DNA from: Candidatus Hydrothermarchaeota archaeon
GTDB taxonomy: Archaea > CAYFZR01
NCBI GenBank assembly: GCA_046760505.1
Contig: JBHIEG010000021.1
Coordinates: 1 to 35,466, forward strand
Direction of reading: 5' to 3'
Length of the DNA: 35,466 nt
The notes below the pieces were generated by a model. It ran no database searches. It had not been told where the DNA came from and was given only the letters and a program-made list of their open reading frames with translations. This document shows positions 18,455-28,727 of the stretch, one piece after another (within the stretch, counting starts at the first letter, position 1; every line of letters begins with the position of its first letter). Made by a program: the position numbers and the translations under genes.

Positions 18455-19426
18455 ATGAGTATTAATCACAAGTTCTCGGCCGGAATCCTCTTAATGTTTT
18501 TAATATTGGGATGCACCGCACCCTATGAGACAGCGAAAGTTAGAGAAAGACTAGTAGTATCCACAACCACAAGTTTGTTTGATACAGGGTTATTAGACGA
18601 TTTGGAGGAAAAATTCGAGAAGAAATATGACATTGACCTTTATTTCATATCGGTAGGGACAGGATTGGCCTTGCAGCACGCGAAAAGAGGAGATGCTGAT
18701 GTCGTTATTGTACATGCTCCGCCAGAAGAATTTGCCTTCATGAGGGAGGGAGGGGGCGTAAACAGAAAGATCATAGCATACAACTTCTTTGCGATTGTAG
18801 GACCTGAAAAAGACCCCGCTGGAATAAAAGGACTCAGCCCTATAGAAGCCATGAAAAAAATATATGAAACTGGGAACGTTGGTAAAGCACTCTGGATTTC
18901 CAGAGGAGATAAATCTGGTACGAACATCAAAGAAATAAAACTTTGGAGTCTTGCAGGTTTTGATCCTAACAAACTCAAAGAAAAACCATGGTATTTGGAA
19001 TCAGGAACCGGAATGGGGCGAACTCTTCTATTAGCAAACGAGAAGGATGCATACACCCTAGCTGATATGGGAACCTACCTCAAGTACTACAAGGATGGCA
19101 CTATCACGCTTGAACCTCTCGTTACACGAGGAAAAGAATTGTTAAACGTTTACAGCGTCATTGCTGTTAATCCGAGGATTCATCCGGATATCAACTTCTA
19201 TGGAGCCCTCGTGTTTGAAAAATTTCTGATATCAAACCAGACTCAAGAATTCATAGGTAAATTTGGAATGGAAAGTTATGGAAGGCCTCTCTTTTATCCT
19301 GCAGTGCAATTAATTAAAGAGGGCAAAGATGGCGAATTGGTAGAATGGATAAAAGATTATGCATTCTTCAATAACACCGAGTGTCCTGAGAAATATCGCT
19401 ACAATCAATCTGGACTGTATGGTTAG
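18455..19426 (+). CDS. tupA: Tungstate ABC transporter substrate-binding protein
   Basis: Signal with LGC lipobox-like site, STTTS motif, GTG.AL, VHAP, SRGDKSGT, GMG.TL. Confidence 0.93.
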   Translation: MSINHKFSAGILLMFLILGCTAPYETAKVRERLVVSTTTSLFDTGLLDDLEEKFEKKYDIDLYFISVGTGLALQHAKRGDADVVIVHAPPEEFAFMREGGGVNRKIIAYNFFAIVGPEKDPAGIKGLSPIEAMKKIYETGNVGKALWISRGDKSGTNIKEIKLWSLAGFDPNKLKEKPWYLESGTGMGRTLLLANEKDAYTLADMGTYLKYYKDGTITLEPLVTRGKELLNVYSVIAVNPRIHPDINFYGALVFEKFLISNQTQEFIGKFGMESYGRPLFYPAVQLIKEGKDGELVEWIKDYAFFNNTECPEKYRYNQSGLYG

Positions 19427-19454
19427 AGTAAATCGGTTTACCAATTAAAACACA

Positions 19455-20171
19455 GTGATAGAAATGGTGGTAGAGATCCTAGAAGGTTTAAAAAGCGCTT
19501 TGGAACTAATAGTTTCAGGAGATCCAGTTGTGGTGAAAATCGCCCTGAGATCAATTTATGTCTCTGGGATGGCTACACTTCTCTCCTCCACATGGAGCAT
19601 TCCTATAGGGATGCTAGTAGGTATGAAAGCGTTTAAAGGCAGACGCATTGTGAAAGGTTTTTTTAACGCCTTGCTTGGAATGCCTACTGTAGCCTTAGGT
19701 CTTATACTTTACATCTTTTTGTCTAAATCTGGTCCATTCGGTTTTCTTAACCTTCTCTATACTCCGGAAGGAATAATAATCGGTCAGGCAATCCTCATCA
19801 CACCCATAATGGTAAGCTTTTCAATAAGCGCCATCGAATCCATCGAACCCGAGATAATGGAACTTGCCAGAACCTTGGGAGCATCAGAAATATATGCATC
19901 CCTCACCGTCCTTAGAGAGGCGATTAGTGGCGTAATACTGTCTATAATAGCCAGTTTTAACAGAGCAATCGCGGAGTTGGGCATAGCTCTAATGGTAGGA
20001 GGAAATATCAGAGGAAAGACCAGGGTCTTAACCACAGCGATAGCCCTTGAAACTACTAGGGGAGAAATAGTACTTGGAATAGCACTAACAGTGATACTGA
20101 TCACTTTTGTTTTCGGATTGAGCCTTGCAATAAATCTTGTTCAGAGGGTTGACATTGGAAAATATCGTTGA
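19455..20171 (+). CDS. tupB: Tungstate ABC transporter permease
   Basis: LSKSGPFG, ARTLGAS, RAIAELG..LMVGGNI...TRVLTTAI. Confidence 0.92.
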   Translation: MIEMVVEILEGLKSALELIVSGDPVVVKIALRSIYVSGMATLLSSTWSIPIGMLVGMKAFKGRRIVKGFFNALLGMPTVALGLILYIFLSKSGPFGFLNLLYTPEGIIIGQAILITPIMVSFSISAIESIEPEIMELARTLGASEIYASLTVLREAISGVILSIIASFNRAIAELGIALMVGGNIRGKTRVLTTAIALETTRGEIVLGIALTVILITFVFGLSLAINLVQRVDIGKYR

Positions 20172-20877
20172 ACTAAAAAATGTCTCCAAAAAATATGGTG
20201 AGATTACTGCTCTGAGAGAGATAAGCCTAGAAATAAGAAGAGGTGAAATCTTCTCCATCATGGGTATAAACGGTGCTGGAAAAACCACTTTACTCAGAAT
20301 AATAGCCGGAATCGATAAACCAACCTCTGGGGAATTTTACTACAACAAAAGATTGGTTGAAAATGATTACAGAAAAGAGGTAAGGAGAAATTGCACTATG
20401 GTCTTTCAAAAGTGTGTGCTTTTTAAAACCTCTGTTTACAAGAACGTTGCGTACGGACTTAAATTTAGGGGCTATTCAGGAAAAGAAATCGAAATAAAAG
20501 TCAGAGAAGTACTAAAAAAATTGAGGCTATCCGGGTATGAAAACAGACAAGCGAGAAGTTTATCCGGGGGAGAACAGCAGAGAGTATCCCTTGCCAGAGC
20601 CTTGGTCTTAGAACCAGAGCTTCTACTCCTGGATGAGCCTACCCTAAATCTTGATCCTAGTAACACGGCCATTGTAGAAAATGTTATAAAAGACTTGAGG
20701 GGTGAAACAACTATTGTTTTAGCGACCAACGATCTTTATCTGGCAAGAAACATATCTGATACGATAGCCCACATCCTTGATGGAACAATAATTGAGACAG
20801 GTACTCCAGAGGAAATTTTTAAAAATCCAAAGGACGAAAGAACCAGAAGGTTTATCAAAAAAGAGATAGTCTTCTAA
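20155..20877 (+). CDS. tupC: Tungstate ABC transporter ATPase
   Basis: GINGAGKT, LSGGEQQR, LLLLDEPT; probable TTG start at 20155 after GAGGG. Confidence 0.9.
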   Translation: MENIVELKNVSKKYGEITALREISLEIRRGEIFSIMGINGAGKTTLLRIIAGIDKPTSGEFYYNKRLVENDYRKEVRRNCTMVFQKCVLFKTSVYKNVAYGLKFRGYSGKEIEIKVREVLKKLRLSGYENRQARSLSGGEQQRVSLARALVLEPELLLLDEPTLNLDPSNTAIVENVIKDLRGETTIVLATNDLYLARNISDTIAHILDGTIIETGTPEEIFKNPKDERTRRFIKKEIVF

Positions 20878-20894
20878 ACATCAATCCAATAATA

Positions 20895-22244
20895 TTAATC
20901 GTATACCTCGAGCCAATGATAGGTTTTTGAGAGATAATCCTCTAGGAATTCTAGATCAACCTTTGCGTGGAATATTTCGTCATTCAAAAATATCTTAGAT
21001 TCTCTTATAAATGGTGTAAGATGTTTTCCAAGATCTTTTTTTAACGCATCCTTTACTGATTCTATTGCATTCCTTCTTGATCTTTTCTTTTCTACCACCC
21101 ACCTTTCTCCCTCTATCCACGGACCGGAAAGCGTTGATTCTTTGTTTAAATGTTTTTTGATGAAATTTTCTTGGAATTCAAAATCATCATATACTCTAGG
21201 CCCTATATGTCTTTTAACCGAGCTTAACTCTATATTTTCAAGTTCTAAGGTTATTATGCCAACTTTCTTTTCATCTGTCCAAAAATCAGATCTGATCAAA
21301 ACGAAATCCTCTTCTCTAAGATGATCCGCTATTCTTTCTCTAGCCTTCTTTAACTGCGGATACAAAATGTCCATTGATATCCTTGGGATTTTGAACAATA
21401 AGAAGACGAAATCTGTACCCCTTTTAGAAATATCCTTATCAGCTCTCCTCTTACTCGGAATAAAAAATCTTTCACTTGGATATTTTTTGAATACCTTGCA
21501 AGCAGATATGAATTTTGAAAGACTTTCTAAAGAAACCGCGGATGCGACATTTCTCTTGGGATCTACTGGGTCTACGACCACCAATTTTTCGTCCTTTATT
21601 TTTCCATGTCCCTCAATGTCTATGAGTACAGGTAGCTTCCATTCACAAACATTTTTAATGGTTGATTCAAAGTCTCCGTAATAAATTATCAGAAGTTCGC
21701 ATAGATAGCCTGAAAAACCATTCACCTTAGCTTCGGCTCCGTATACGCCAATACTTCTAAGAAAAGCTTTTAGCAAAAGAACTTCATCCTTCTGTTTGTC
21801 AGAAAGCCTAGATTTGATGTACTCATTGTGAAAAGGAGTTCTGTCCACGGAAGATATCATGTCTTCTATTTTTTTGATGGAATAGCATGGTACGAGATCA
21901 ATGGCATAGCCTTTTTGATACATTGTGGAATATGGATGCTCGGCATAGTTAAGTTCGTATCTTTCTATTACTCTACTTTTCAACAAATTTTCAGAGATAT
22001 GCGTAACAATACCTTTCATTTGATCCTTAGAGTATTCTAAGGGTAGAATAATGAATATGTCTATGTCTTTCTTGTCCCTTAAGAATGTTCCTCTTGTAGT
22101 GGATCCAACGTGCTCTATTCTGATTTTTGGATCCATGCTTTTTGTTATTTCATAAATACTGGATGTGATGTTTTCAATTACTATTTTTATCTCTTTAATC
22201 TCTTCTTCAGTCGGTTTTATCATTTTTAGAATATCTTCATACAT
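20895..22244 (-). CDS. cca: Archaeal class I CCA-adding enzyme
   Basis: VGS..RGT.L....DIDIF, YAEHPY, DLVPCY, VDRTPFH, GVYGAE....GFSGYLCELL, DPVDPKRNVA. Confidence 0.96.
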   Translation of the reverse strand: MYEDILKMIKPTEEEIKEIKIVIENITSSIYEITKSMDPKIRIEHVGSTTRGTFLRDKKDIDIFIILPLEYSKDQMKGIVTHISENLLKSRVIERYELNYAEHPYSTMYQKGYAIDLVPCYSIKKIEDMISSVDRTPFHNEYIKSRLSDKQKDEVLLLKAFLRSIGVYGAEAKVNGFSGYLCELLIIYYGDFESTIKNVCEWKLPVLIDIEGHGKIKDEKLVVVDPVDPKRNVASAVSLESLSKFISACKVFKKYPSERFFIPSKRRADKDISKRGTDFVFLLFKIPRISMDILYPQLKKARERIADHLREEDFVLIRSDFWTDEKKVGIITLELENIELSSVKRHIGPRVYDDFEFQENFIKKHLNKESTLSGPWIEGERWVVEKKRSRRNAIESVKDALKKDLGKHLTPFIRESKIFLNDEIFHAKVDLEFLEDYLSKTYHWLEVYD

Positions 22245-22246
22245 GT

Positions 22247-22804
22247 TTATCCCAGTGGAATGTTCAGGAGGTCTTCGTAAACTGGTCCTTTCTTGGTTAG
22301 AGTACTTTTCTTAAAATTTATCTCTCTTACTTTAAATTCTCCAACTTCAATATCTTTTTTACTCTCGATAAGAGATGCTAATTCTTTTTTAGCTCTGTAA
22401 TTTTTTACTCTGGCTATGGTAAGATGAGGATGGAATTTTTTCTCTTTTTTGAATCCAATACTTTTTAATTCATCATCTATCCTTCTCTGAATGCCCAGAA
22501 TCTCCATCGCGCCCTCTTCCACACCTATCCATACTATCCTAATATATTTTAAACTTGGAAAACATCCAGCCCCTCTTAGTCTAACATTGAAGGATTTAAA
22601 TTCTTTTCCAATTTTTTCTAGCCTTCTTCCTATCTCAGTGACCTTTGATTCCTGGATCTCGCCGAGGAATTTTAGGGTGATGTGCATATTTTCAGGTTCG
22701 ACTAACTTGACATTAGATACATTTTTAATCTCTTCCTGAATTTCTCGTAGGCCCTCTGCTATAGATCTGGGTATATCTATTCCGATGAAAGACCTCATAT
22801 TCAC
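22247..22804 (-). CDS. thpR: RNA 2',3'-cyclic phosphodiesterase (2'-5' RNA ligase family)
   Basis: Two HxT motifs (HITLKFLG, HLTIARVK), GPVY. Confidence 0.93.
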   Translation of the reverse strand: MNMRSFIGIDIPRSIAEGLREIQEEIKNVSNVKLVEPENMHITLKFLGEIQESKVTEIGRRLEKIGKEFKSFNVRLRGAGCFPSLKYIRIVWIGVEEGAMEILGIQRRIDDELKSIGFKKEKKFHPHLTIARVKNYRAKKELASLIESKKDIEVGEFKVREINFKKSTLTKKGPVYEDLLNIPLG

Positions 22805-22868
22805 TACCCAAATTTTTTATTGACCTAAAGAATATATAATAGATACCTTACCTCTTAGGTTGGGGGTA

Positions 22869-24005
22869 ATGAGCAATATGCAAACCCGGTTAGATTTTTG
22901 GATAAAGTCAAAATCTCAAAAACCCATATCCAAACGAAGGAAACGCATATCCTCTTCCTCGGCCATATACATTAAACTCAAACCAGTAGGCTATCCCCTC
23001 CGCTGTGACTGCCATGAGAGACACAGGATATCTACCGACGACATAAAGTTATTTGAGATGTACGCCAAGGAGCAGTGGCTGGGATACAGTGTTAAAAAGG
23101 GTGAGTTTCTGTTTGATCAGAGAATGTACCCTGATTTTGCATTTGAGGTTGTAGAAACGATTCCAAAAAAACACTGCAGGATTACAGAGGAGACGGTAAT
23201 AGAATTAGAGGCTAATGAAGTTCCAGTATACAGGGAAATATTTGAAGAAACAAGGTTTAGAGACATTATTGGGCAAGAAAGAGCGAAGAAAAAGTGCGAA
23301 ATTCTGGAAAAATATCTGGAGGACCCTGATTTGTTTGGTGAGTGGGCTCCCAAAAACATACTTTTCTATGGGCCCCCTGGAACAGGAAAAACAATGACCG
23401 CTAAGGCACTGGCTTTCGAGACGAAGGTTCCCTTATTTTTGATAAAGGCGACCGATCTAATAGGTGAACACGTGGGGGATGGTGCAAGCAGGATCCACGA
23501 GATGTACAAAAATGTATCTAGGAGAGCACCGTCCATCATATTCATAGATGAATTAGATGCAATAGGACTGGACAGACGTTATCAATCTTTGAGAGGGGAT
23601 GTCCTAGAAATAGTAAATGCCTTATTAGCAGAGATGGATGGAATTCCAAGCAACAAAGGAGTGATTACAATAGCGGCCACGAACAACATAGCATCTTTGG
23701 ATCCTGCGATAAGAAGCAGGTTTGAGGAGGAAATAGAGTTCTCCTTACCAAATGAGTCTGAAAGGAGAGAACTACTGAATTACTATGCGAAGAGGATTCC
23801 CATTGGAATCTCTGTAAAGTTGGAACCTTATGTTTCAAAGACAAGGGGGATGTCGGGGAGGGATATAAAGGAAAAATTCCTCAAAACAGCTTTGCACAAG
23901 GCAATATTGGACGGAGATAAGCAAATAGAAAGCAAACACCTAGAATATGCCTTAAAAGTATTTAACACAACGAAATCAGAGCCCCCAAGAGATATGTTCG
24001 TTTAA
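22869..24005 (+). CDS. Archaeal AAA+ ATPase (AMA/COG1223-like)
   Basis: LKPVGYP, YAKEQW N-domain; WAPKNILFYGPPGTGKT, IFIDELD, SRFEEEIEF. Confidence 0.88.
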   Translation: MSNMQTRLDFWIKSKSQKPISKRRKRISSSSAIYIKLKPVGYPLRCDCHERHRISTDDIKLFEMYAKEQWLGYSVKKGEFLFDQRMYPDFAFEVVETIPKKHCRITEETVIELEANEVPVYREIFEETRFRDIIGQERAKKKCEILEKYLEDPDLFGEWAPKNILFYGPPGTGKTMTAKALAFETKVPLFLIKATDLIGEHVGDGASRIHEMYKNVSRRAPSIIFIDELDAIGLDRRYQSLRGDVLEIVNALLAEMDGIPSNKGVITIAATNNIASLDPAIRSRFEEEIEFSLPNESERRELLNYYAKRIPIGISVKLEPYVSKTRGMSGRDIKEKFLKTALHKAILDGDKQIESKHLEYALKVFNTTKSEPPRDMFV

Positions 24006-24772
24006 CTCTTTTTTTCCCAAAAAACATTAAAGAAGAGACATTCTTCCGGAGAGATAAACATGTCGTTCTTAGGATTATCAGTTAGCCTTACTTTCGCACC
24101 CTTAATAAGAACCGCTGGGATGCATTCATCGGATTCGCCCATCAAGAGTTGAGCCGCACTGGTTAAGTCATCGGCTATAGCCCTGAAGGTGATCTTTAAT
24201 TCCCTACCGTAAAGATCTTTTTTGCCTCTGTTATCTTCAACAGGCTCTAAACCTGAGACTGCTAATGCTCCACCAACAACTCCCTTTTTCAGTGGTTGTG
24301 TCCTGCTGTCCCCTATTATCACTCCAATCTTTTTTCCTGTCTTGTTTTCAATTTTTTCCCTTATTTTATTAGCCGTATACTGTATATTGTCAGGAAACAG
24401 TATCACATGACCCAAAGGTGCATTAGAATGATCTACACCCGCGTTAGCAATCAAAAAACCATTTTTCTTTGTGAGCAAACAGTATTTGACCCCCCCATAC
24501 ACTTCATCTGCCTCATTCAATATTACCTCAACCACCCTGGGATCCATTTCGTATTCTTTTGCCAATTTTTCTGCTTCTTTTGAAAATGAAACATCTTCTA
24601 ATCTAACTATTCTTGATTGAGTTAGCGATACTGCTGTTTCCGCTATAACAAGGACGTCTCCATCTTCTATTTCTATTTTTTCTCTGCTTAATGCCTCCAT
24701 TATCTTATCAACGAGGTCATCCTTGATTTTAATTAAACCAGTCCTTATGGGAAGAATTTTTATTTCATTCAT
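24002..24772 (-). CDS. cofE: CofE-family gamma-glutamyl ligase (F420-0 ligase or folate FolC2)
   Basis: DGDVLVIAET, ANAGVDHSN, IIGDS, DLYGREL, ADDL..AAQLLMGE..E..P. Confidence 0.85.
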   Translation of the reverse strand: MNEIKILPIRTGLIKIKDDLVDKIMEALSREKIEIEDGDVLVIAETAVSLTQSRIVRLEDVSFSKEAEKLAKEYEMDPRVVEVILNEADEVYGGVKYCLLTKKNGFLIANAGVDHSNAPLGHVILFPDNIQYTANKIREKIENKTGKKIGVIIGDSRTQPLKKGVVGGALAVSGLEPVEDNRGKKDLYGRELKITFRAIADDLTSAAQLLMGESDECIPAVLIKGAKVRLTDNPKNDMFISPEECLFFNVFWEKKS

Positions 24773-25974
24773 TCAATATCCTCTAATTCATCCAATAAAG
24801 ATGCGATGATAGGGAGATCAAAGGCTTGCTTTTTTAGTTTCTTCTTTAAACTACTGATTTGTGCTGATGTGCCAAATATAATTATACTTAAGTTATTGCC
24901 TCCTCTTAACGCAACTTCTGGTATGGCGGCCTCTCCCCCCCTTGCTAGGATTTCTTGCTTGAGGATCAAAGCCTCCTTATGAGTAACGTTCTCTATCAAT
25001 ATAGTCCTGAAAGATGCCTTCTCTTTCATAATTCTTATACCAGTCTCACCGACTCCTATCTTTTCCATTAAAGCAGCAATATCTTCTTTTTTTGAAATCC
25101 AATTCAGAAGTGTTGCCTTTTTCTCTTTATTCTCCACCAAAATTGGATCTTTCCTCAGAAGCTCGGCAATCTTAATCGAGTGCAAAGTTTCTCTCACATC
25201 ATGAGTCCTCACGATGTGGGCCCCCTCATAAACGGCTATGGCAGTTGCGCCCAAAGAACCATAGAGTCTTTTCTCAGGCGGACCCACATTTAATATTTCG
25301 TCTATAAAAGATTTTCTGGAAATTGCCACTAAAATTGGCTTCCTTAACAACTTAAGAGAACTTAAACCTTTAATGATCTCTAAGTTGTATTCATAAGTCT
25401 TTTCTTGAATCCATCTTCCAATTCCGGGATCTATTATGATGTCATTTGGATCAACGCCCTTGGACTCAATTAAATTTATGGTCTCTTCTAGGCAGTTCTT
25501 AATTTCTGATAGTGTTAGCAGATCTCCTGGTCTTTTTTTAGAAGCCATTATTATAAGGGGACATTTATAATTTAAAATTACATCTAGCATCTTTTCATCT
25601 TTTTTAAGACCACTCACATCGTTAATTATACTTGCTCCAATTTTTAAGGCTCTTTCGGCGATTATGCTGCTTTGTGTATCCACAGATATAGGAACATCTA
25701 TTTCTTTGACCATTTTTTTTAAAACAGGAATCAATCTCTCTTCTTCTTTTTCGATGGATATCTCCTTCCTGCCCGGTGCAGTAGAAGCAGCACCCAAATC
25801 TATCATTTCTGCTCCATTTTCTATCATGTTTATTGCTCTATTCAGAGCATCTTCTTCGTTCCTTACAATAGAACCCTCATAAAATGACTCTGGACTTAGA
25901 TTTATAACCCCCATTATTCTAACCGGATGGAAATCTCCTAACTTTATACCACAGATCTCTGCGTCTATGATCAC
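24769..25974 (-). CDS. folP: Dihydropteroate synthase with C-terminal extra domain
   Basis: MGVINLSPESF, ISVDT, INDVSG, IDPGIG, SRKSF, VRTHDV; extra ~130 aa containing LILKQEILARGGEAA. Confidence 0.92.
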   Translation of the reverse strand: MIIDAEICGIKLGDFHPVRIMGVINLSPESFYEGSIVRNEEDALNRAINMIENGAEMIDLGAASTAPGRKEISIEKEEERLIPVLKKMVKEIDVPISVDTQSSIIAERALKIGASIINDVSGLKKDEKMLDVILNYKCPLIIMASKKRPGDLLTLSEIKNCLEETINLIESKGVDPNDIIIDPGIGRWIQEKTYEYNLEIIKGLSSLKLLRKPILVAISRKSFIDEILNVGPPEKRLYGSLGATAIAVYEGAHIVRTHDVRETLHSIKIAELLRKDPILVENKEKKATLLNWISKKEDIAALMEKIGVGETGIRIMKEKASFRTILIENVTHKEALILKQEILARGGEAAIPEVALRGGNNLSIIIFGTSAQISSLKKKLKKQAFDLPIIASLLDELEDIE

Positions 25975-25975
25975 T

Positions 25976-26584
25976 TTACCACCTGATCTTTACTCTTCGT
26001 CCTTCGATTTCTAATTTGTCTTCTAAGAAGAGTTTAACTGCAAGAGGATATAGTTTGTTTTCTTCTTTGAGTATTCTATCAGCGAGGGTCTCTGGTGTAT
26101 CGTCTTCTTTTACTTCAACTGCTTTTTGTAGAATTATAGGTCCTGTATCAACTCCTTCATCTACAAAATGGACCGTACATCCACTCACCTTTACGCCGTA
26201 TTCAAGAGCCTGTTTCTGAGCGTTTAATCCAGGAAATGAGGGGAGCAAGGCAGGATGGATATTCATTATCCTCCACTTAAATTCTTTTACTACTTTGGGT
26301 GATAAAATGCGCATGTATCCGGCTAGCAATACTAGGTCGCATTCGTATTTTTTTAGAACTCTAAGTATTTCATCATCAAATTCTTCTTTTGTTTTGAACT
26401 TATAGGGATCTATGAATACAGCAGGAATTCCATGTTTTTTTGCTCTTTTTAATGCTAAAGCATCTTTATTATCGCTTATTACAACGGAAAGTTCAGCATT
26501 TTTTATTTCTTTCTTTTCTATAGAATCTATGATTGATTGTAAGTTTGTACCCCTCCCTGAGGCTAGAACTCCAATTTTTTTCAT
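25976..26584 (-). CDS. purN: Phosphoribosylglycinamide formyltransferase
   Basis: LASGRGTNLQ, LAGYMRIL, NIHPALLPSFPG, GCTVHFVD..VDTGPII. Confidence 0.97.
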   Translation of the reverse strand: MKKIGVLASGRGTNLQSIIDSIEKKEIKNAELSVVISDNKDALALKRAKKHGIPAVFIDPYKFKTKEEFDDEILRVLKKYECDLVLLAGYMRILSPKVVKEFKWRIMNIHPALLPSFPGLNAQKQALEYGVKVSGCTVHFVDEGVDTGPIILQKAVEVKEDDTPETLADRILKEENKLYPLAVKLFLEDKLEIEGRRVKIRW

Positions 26585-27438
26585 TTTTTCTCGTTTAAAA
26601 TTTTTTTTGCGGCTATTATGGTATTCTTTAGAACCATTGCAACGGTCATAGGGCCAACTCCACCTGGAACTGGTGTTATGAAAGAAGTCTTTTGATATAC
26701 ATCATCGAAGTCCACGTCTCCATAAACTTTTTTATCTACTCTATTTATTCCCACATCGAATATGACCACACCATCTTTTACCATGTCCTTCTTTATTAAT
26801 CCTTTCTTGCCTGCGCCAACGATCAGTATATCTGCTTCTCTTGTGTGTTTTTTTAGATCCTCCGTCATGATATGACATACGGTTACGGTGGCATTTCTGT
26901 TAAGAAGCATCATCGCCATAGGTTTCCCTACTAGGTTACTGTGCCCAACGACCACGACCTGTTTTCCTGCTACATCGATGTTTAGTTTATCTAGCAGGTA
27001 AATTATGCCTTTTGGAGCGCATGGAACTAGCTCTTCCTCACCCAAAAAAAGATTTCCAATGTTTAAAGGATTTAATCCGTCTACGTCTTTTTCCGGAGAA
27101 ATAGTTGCCATCACGGTATTCGGGTTTATTTGTTTCGGCAATGGGAGCTGTACTATGATCCCATGAATATTTTTTTTCTCATTAAGTTTTTTGATAAGTT
27201 TTGTTAACTCCTCCTCTGATGTACTCTCCGGGAGCCTGTATATTTCCTTGTGCATTCCCACTTCTTCGCAGGCTTTTTCTTTCATCTTTACGAAGATCTT
27301 TGATGGCGGATGCTCTCCTACCAAGATAACTGCCAGACCAGGACGAATACCGTATTTTTCTTCTATATATTTTACATCCAAGGATACCTCTTTCTGAATT
27401 TCATTAGCATATTTTACCCCGTCAATAATCTCTGGCAT
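26581..27438 (-). CDS. folD: Methylene-THF dehydrogenase/cyclohydrolase
   Basis: VQLPLP, KDVDG, S.LVGKP, DVGINR, TPVPGGVGPMT. Confidence 0.97.
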   Translation of the reverse strand: MPEIIDGVKYANEIQKEVSLDVKYIEEKYGIRPGLAVILVGEHPPSKIFVKMKEKACEEVGMHKEIYRLPESTSEEELTKLIKKLNEKKNIHGIIVQLPLPKQINPNTVMATISPEKDVDGLNPLNIGNLFLGEEELVPCAPKGIIYLLDKLNIDVAGKQVVVVGHSNLVGKPMAMMLLNRNATVTVCHIMTEDLKKHTREADILIVGAGKKGLIKKDMVKDGVVIFDVGINRVDKKVYGDVDFDDVYQKTSFITPVPGGVGPMTVAMVLKNTIIAAKKILNEKK

Positions 27439-27449
27439 GAAAGAACCTC

Positions 27450-28721
27450 TCAGAGCTCTTTATATCTTTGAAGCAATTTCTCGTATATAGGAAATCTACC
27501 ACATAGGTCTATAACTTTTTTCTTTACCTCTTCTTTCGTTCTTTCATCATCTTTGTTCTCAAGGACCCTATTGATCAACTCACTGATCTCGATCATTTCT
27601 CTTTCTTTCATTCCCCTTGTTGTTATAGCAGGAGTGCCTACCCTGATGCCACTAGTAATCCTTGGAGGTCTTTTGTCAAAAGGTATCGCATTTTTGTTAA
27701 CGATTATCCCCGCATCTCCTAAAGCATCCTCAGCTTCCTTTCCGGTCATGTTTTTTTCAGTTAGATCAATTAAAATGAGATGATTATCGGTTCCTCCCGA
27801 AATCAATGAGTAACCGCGCTCTATCAACGCATTTGCCATGGTTTTAGCATTTTTAACGATTTGTTTTTGGTATTCCTTGAATTCATTCGTCATGGCTTCT
27901 TTGAATGCGACCGCCTTGGCCGCTATAACATGCTCTAAAGGACCACCCTGTATGCCTGGAAACAATGTTCTGTCAATTTCTTGGGCGAATTCCTCTTTGC
28001 AGAGAATCATACCTCCTCTTGGTCCTCGAAGGGTTTTATGAGTAGTTGTGGTAACAAAATCAGCGTATGGAATGGGGCTCTGATGTAGTCCTGCTACGAT
28101 TAGGCCTGCGATGTGCGCGATATCAGCCATGTGATACGCGCCGACTTCATCTGCTATCTCTTTGAATAAGGAGAAGTCTATCTCCCTTGGATAAGCGCTT
28201 GCCCCTGAGACAATCATATCTGGTTTGTATTTTTTTGCGAGTTTTCTAACTTCATCATAGTCTATAGTCTGAGTTTCTCTCGATACTCCGTAGTGCACCA
28301 CCTTGAAGAACTTGCCTGAAAAATTTACTGGACTTCCATGAGTTAAGTGACCACCGTCAGATAACCTCATCCCCATTATGGTATCTCCCGTATTTAAAAC
28401 CGAAAAATAGACAACCATATTTGCTTGCGATCCAGAATGAGGCTGTACGTTTGCATGTTCTGCATTAAAAATCTTTTTTGCCCTTTCTATTGCAAGTTCT
28501 TCCGCTTCATCAACCCATTCACACCCTCCGTAGTATCTTTTTCTTGGATATCCTTCAGCATATTTGTTCGTCATCACACAACCCTGTGCCTCTAAAACCG
28601 CCTCGCTAGCATAGTTTTCAGATGCTATAAGGTTTAATTGATATATTTGTCTCTCTATATCTTTTTTAATTACTTTTGCTATGTCTGGATCTATATTTTG
28701 GAGAAAACTCAATTTTTTCAC
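27450..28721 (-). CDS. glyA: Serine hydroxymethyltransferase (bacterial/THF type)
   Basis: [50 protein letters not shown]. Confidence 0.97.
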   Translation of the reverse strand: MKKLSFLQNIDPDIAKVIKKDIERQIYQLNLIASENYASEAVLEAQGCVMTNKYAEGYPRKRYYGGCEWVDEAEELAIERAKKIFNAEHANVQPHSGSQANMVVYFSVLNTGDTIMGMRLSDGGHLTHGSPVNFSGKFFKVVHYGVSRETQTIDYDEVRKLAKKYKPDMIVSGASAYPREIDFSLFKEIADEVGAYHMADIAHIAGLIVAGLHQSPIPYADFVTTTTHKTLRGPRGGMILCKEEFAQEIDRTLFPGIQGGPLEHVIAAKAVAFKEAMTNEFKEYQKQIVKNAKTMANALIERGYSLISGGTDNHLILIDLTEKNMTGKEAEDALGDAGIIVNKNAIPFDKRPPRITSGIRVGTPAITTRGMKEREMIEISELINRVLENKDDERTKEEVKKKVIDLCGRFPIYEKLLQRYKEL

Positions 28722-28727
28722 CTTATT

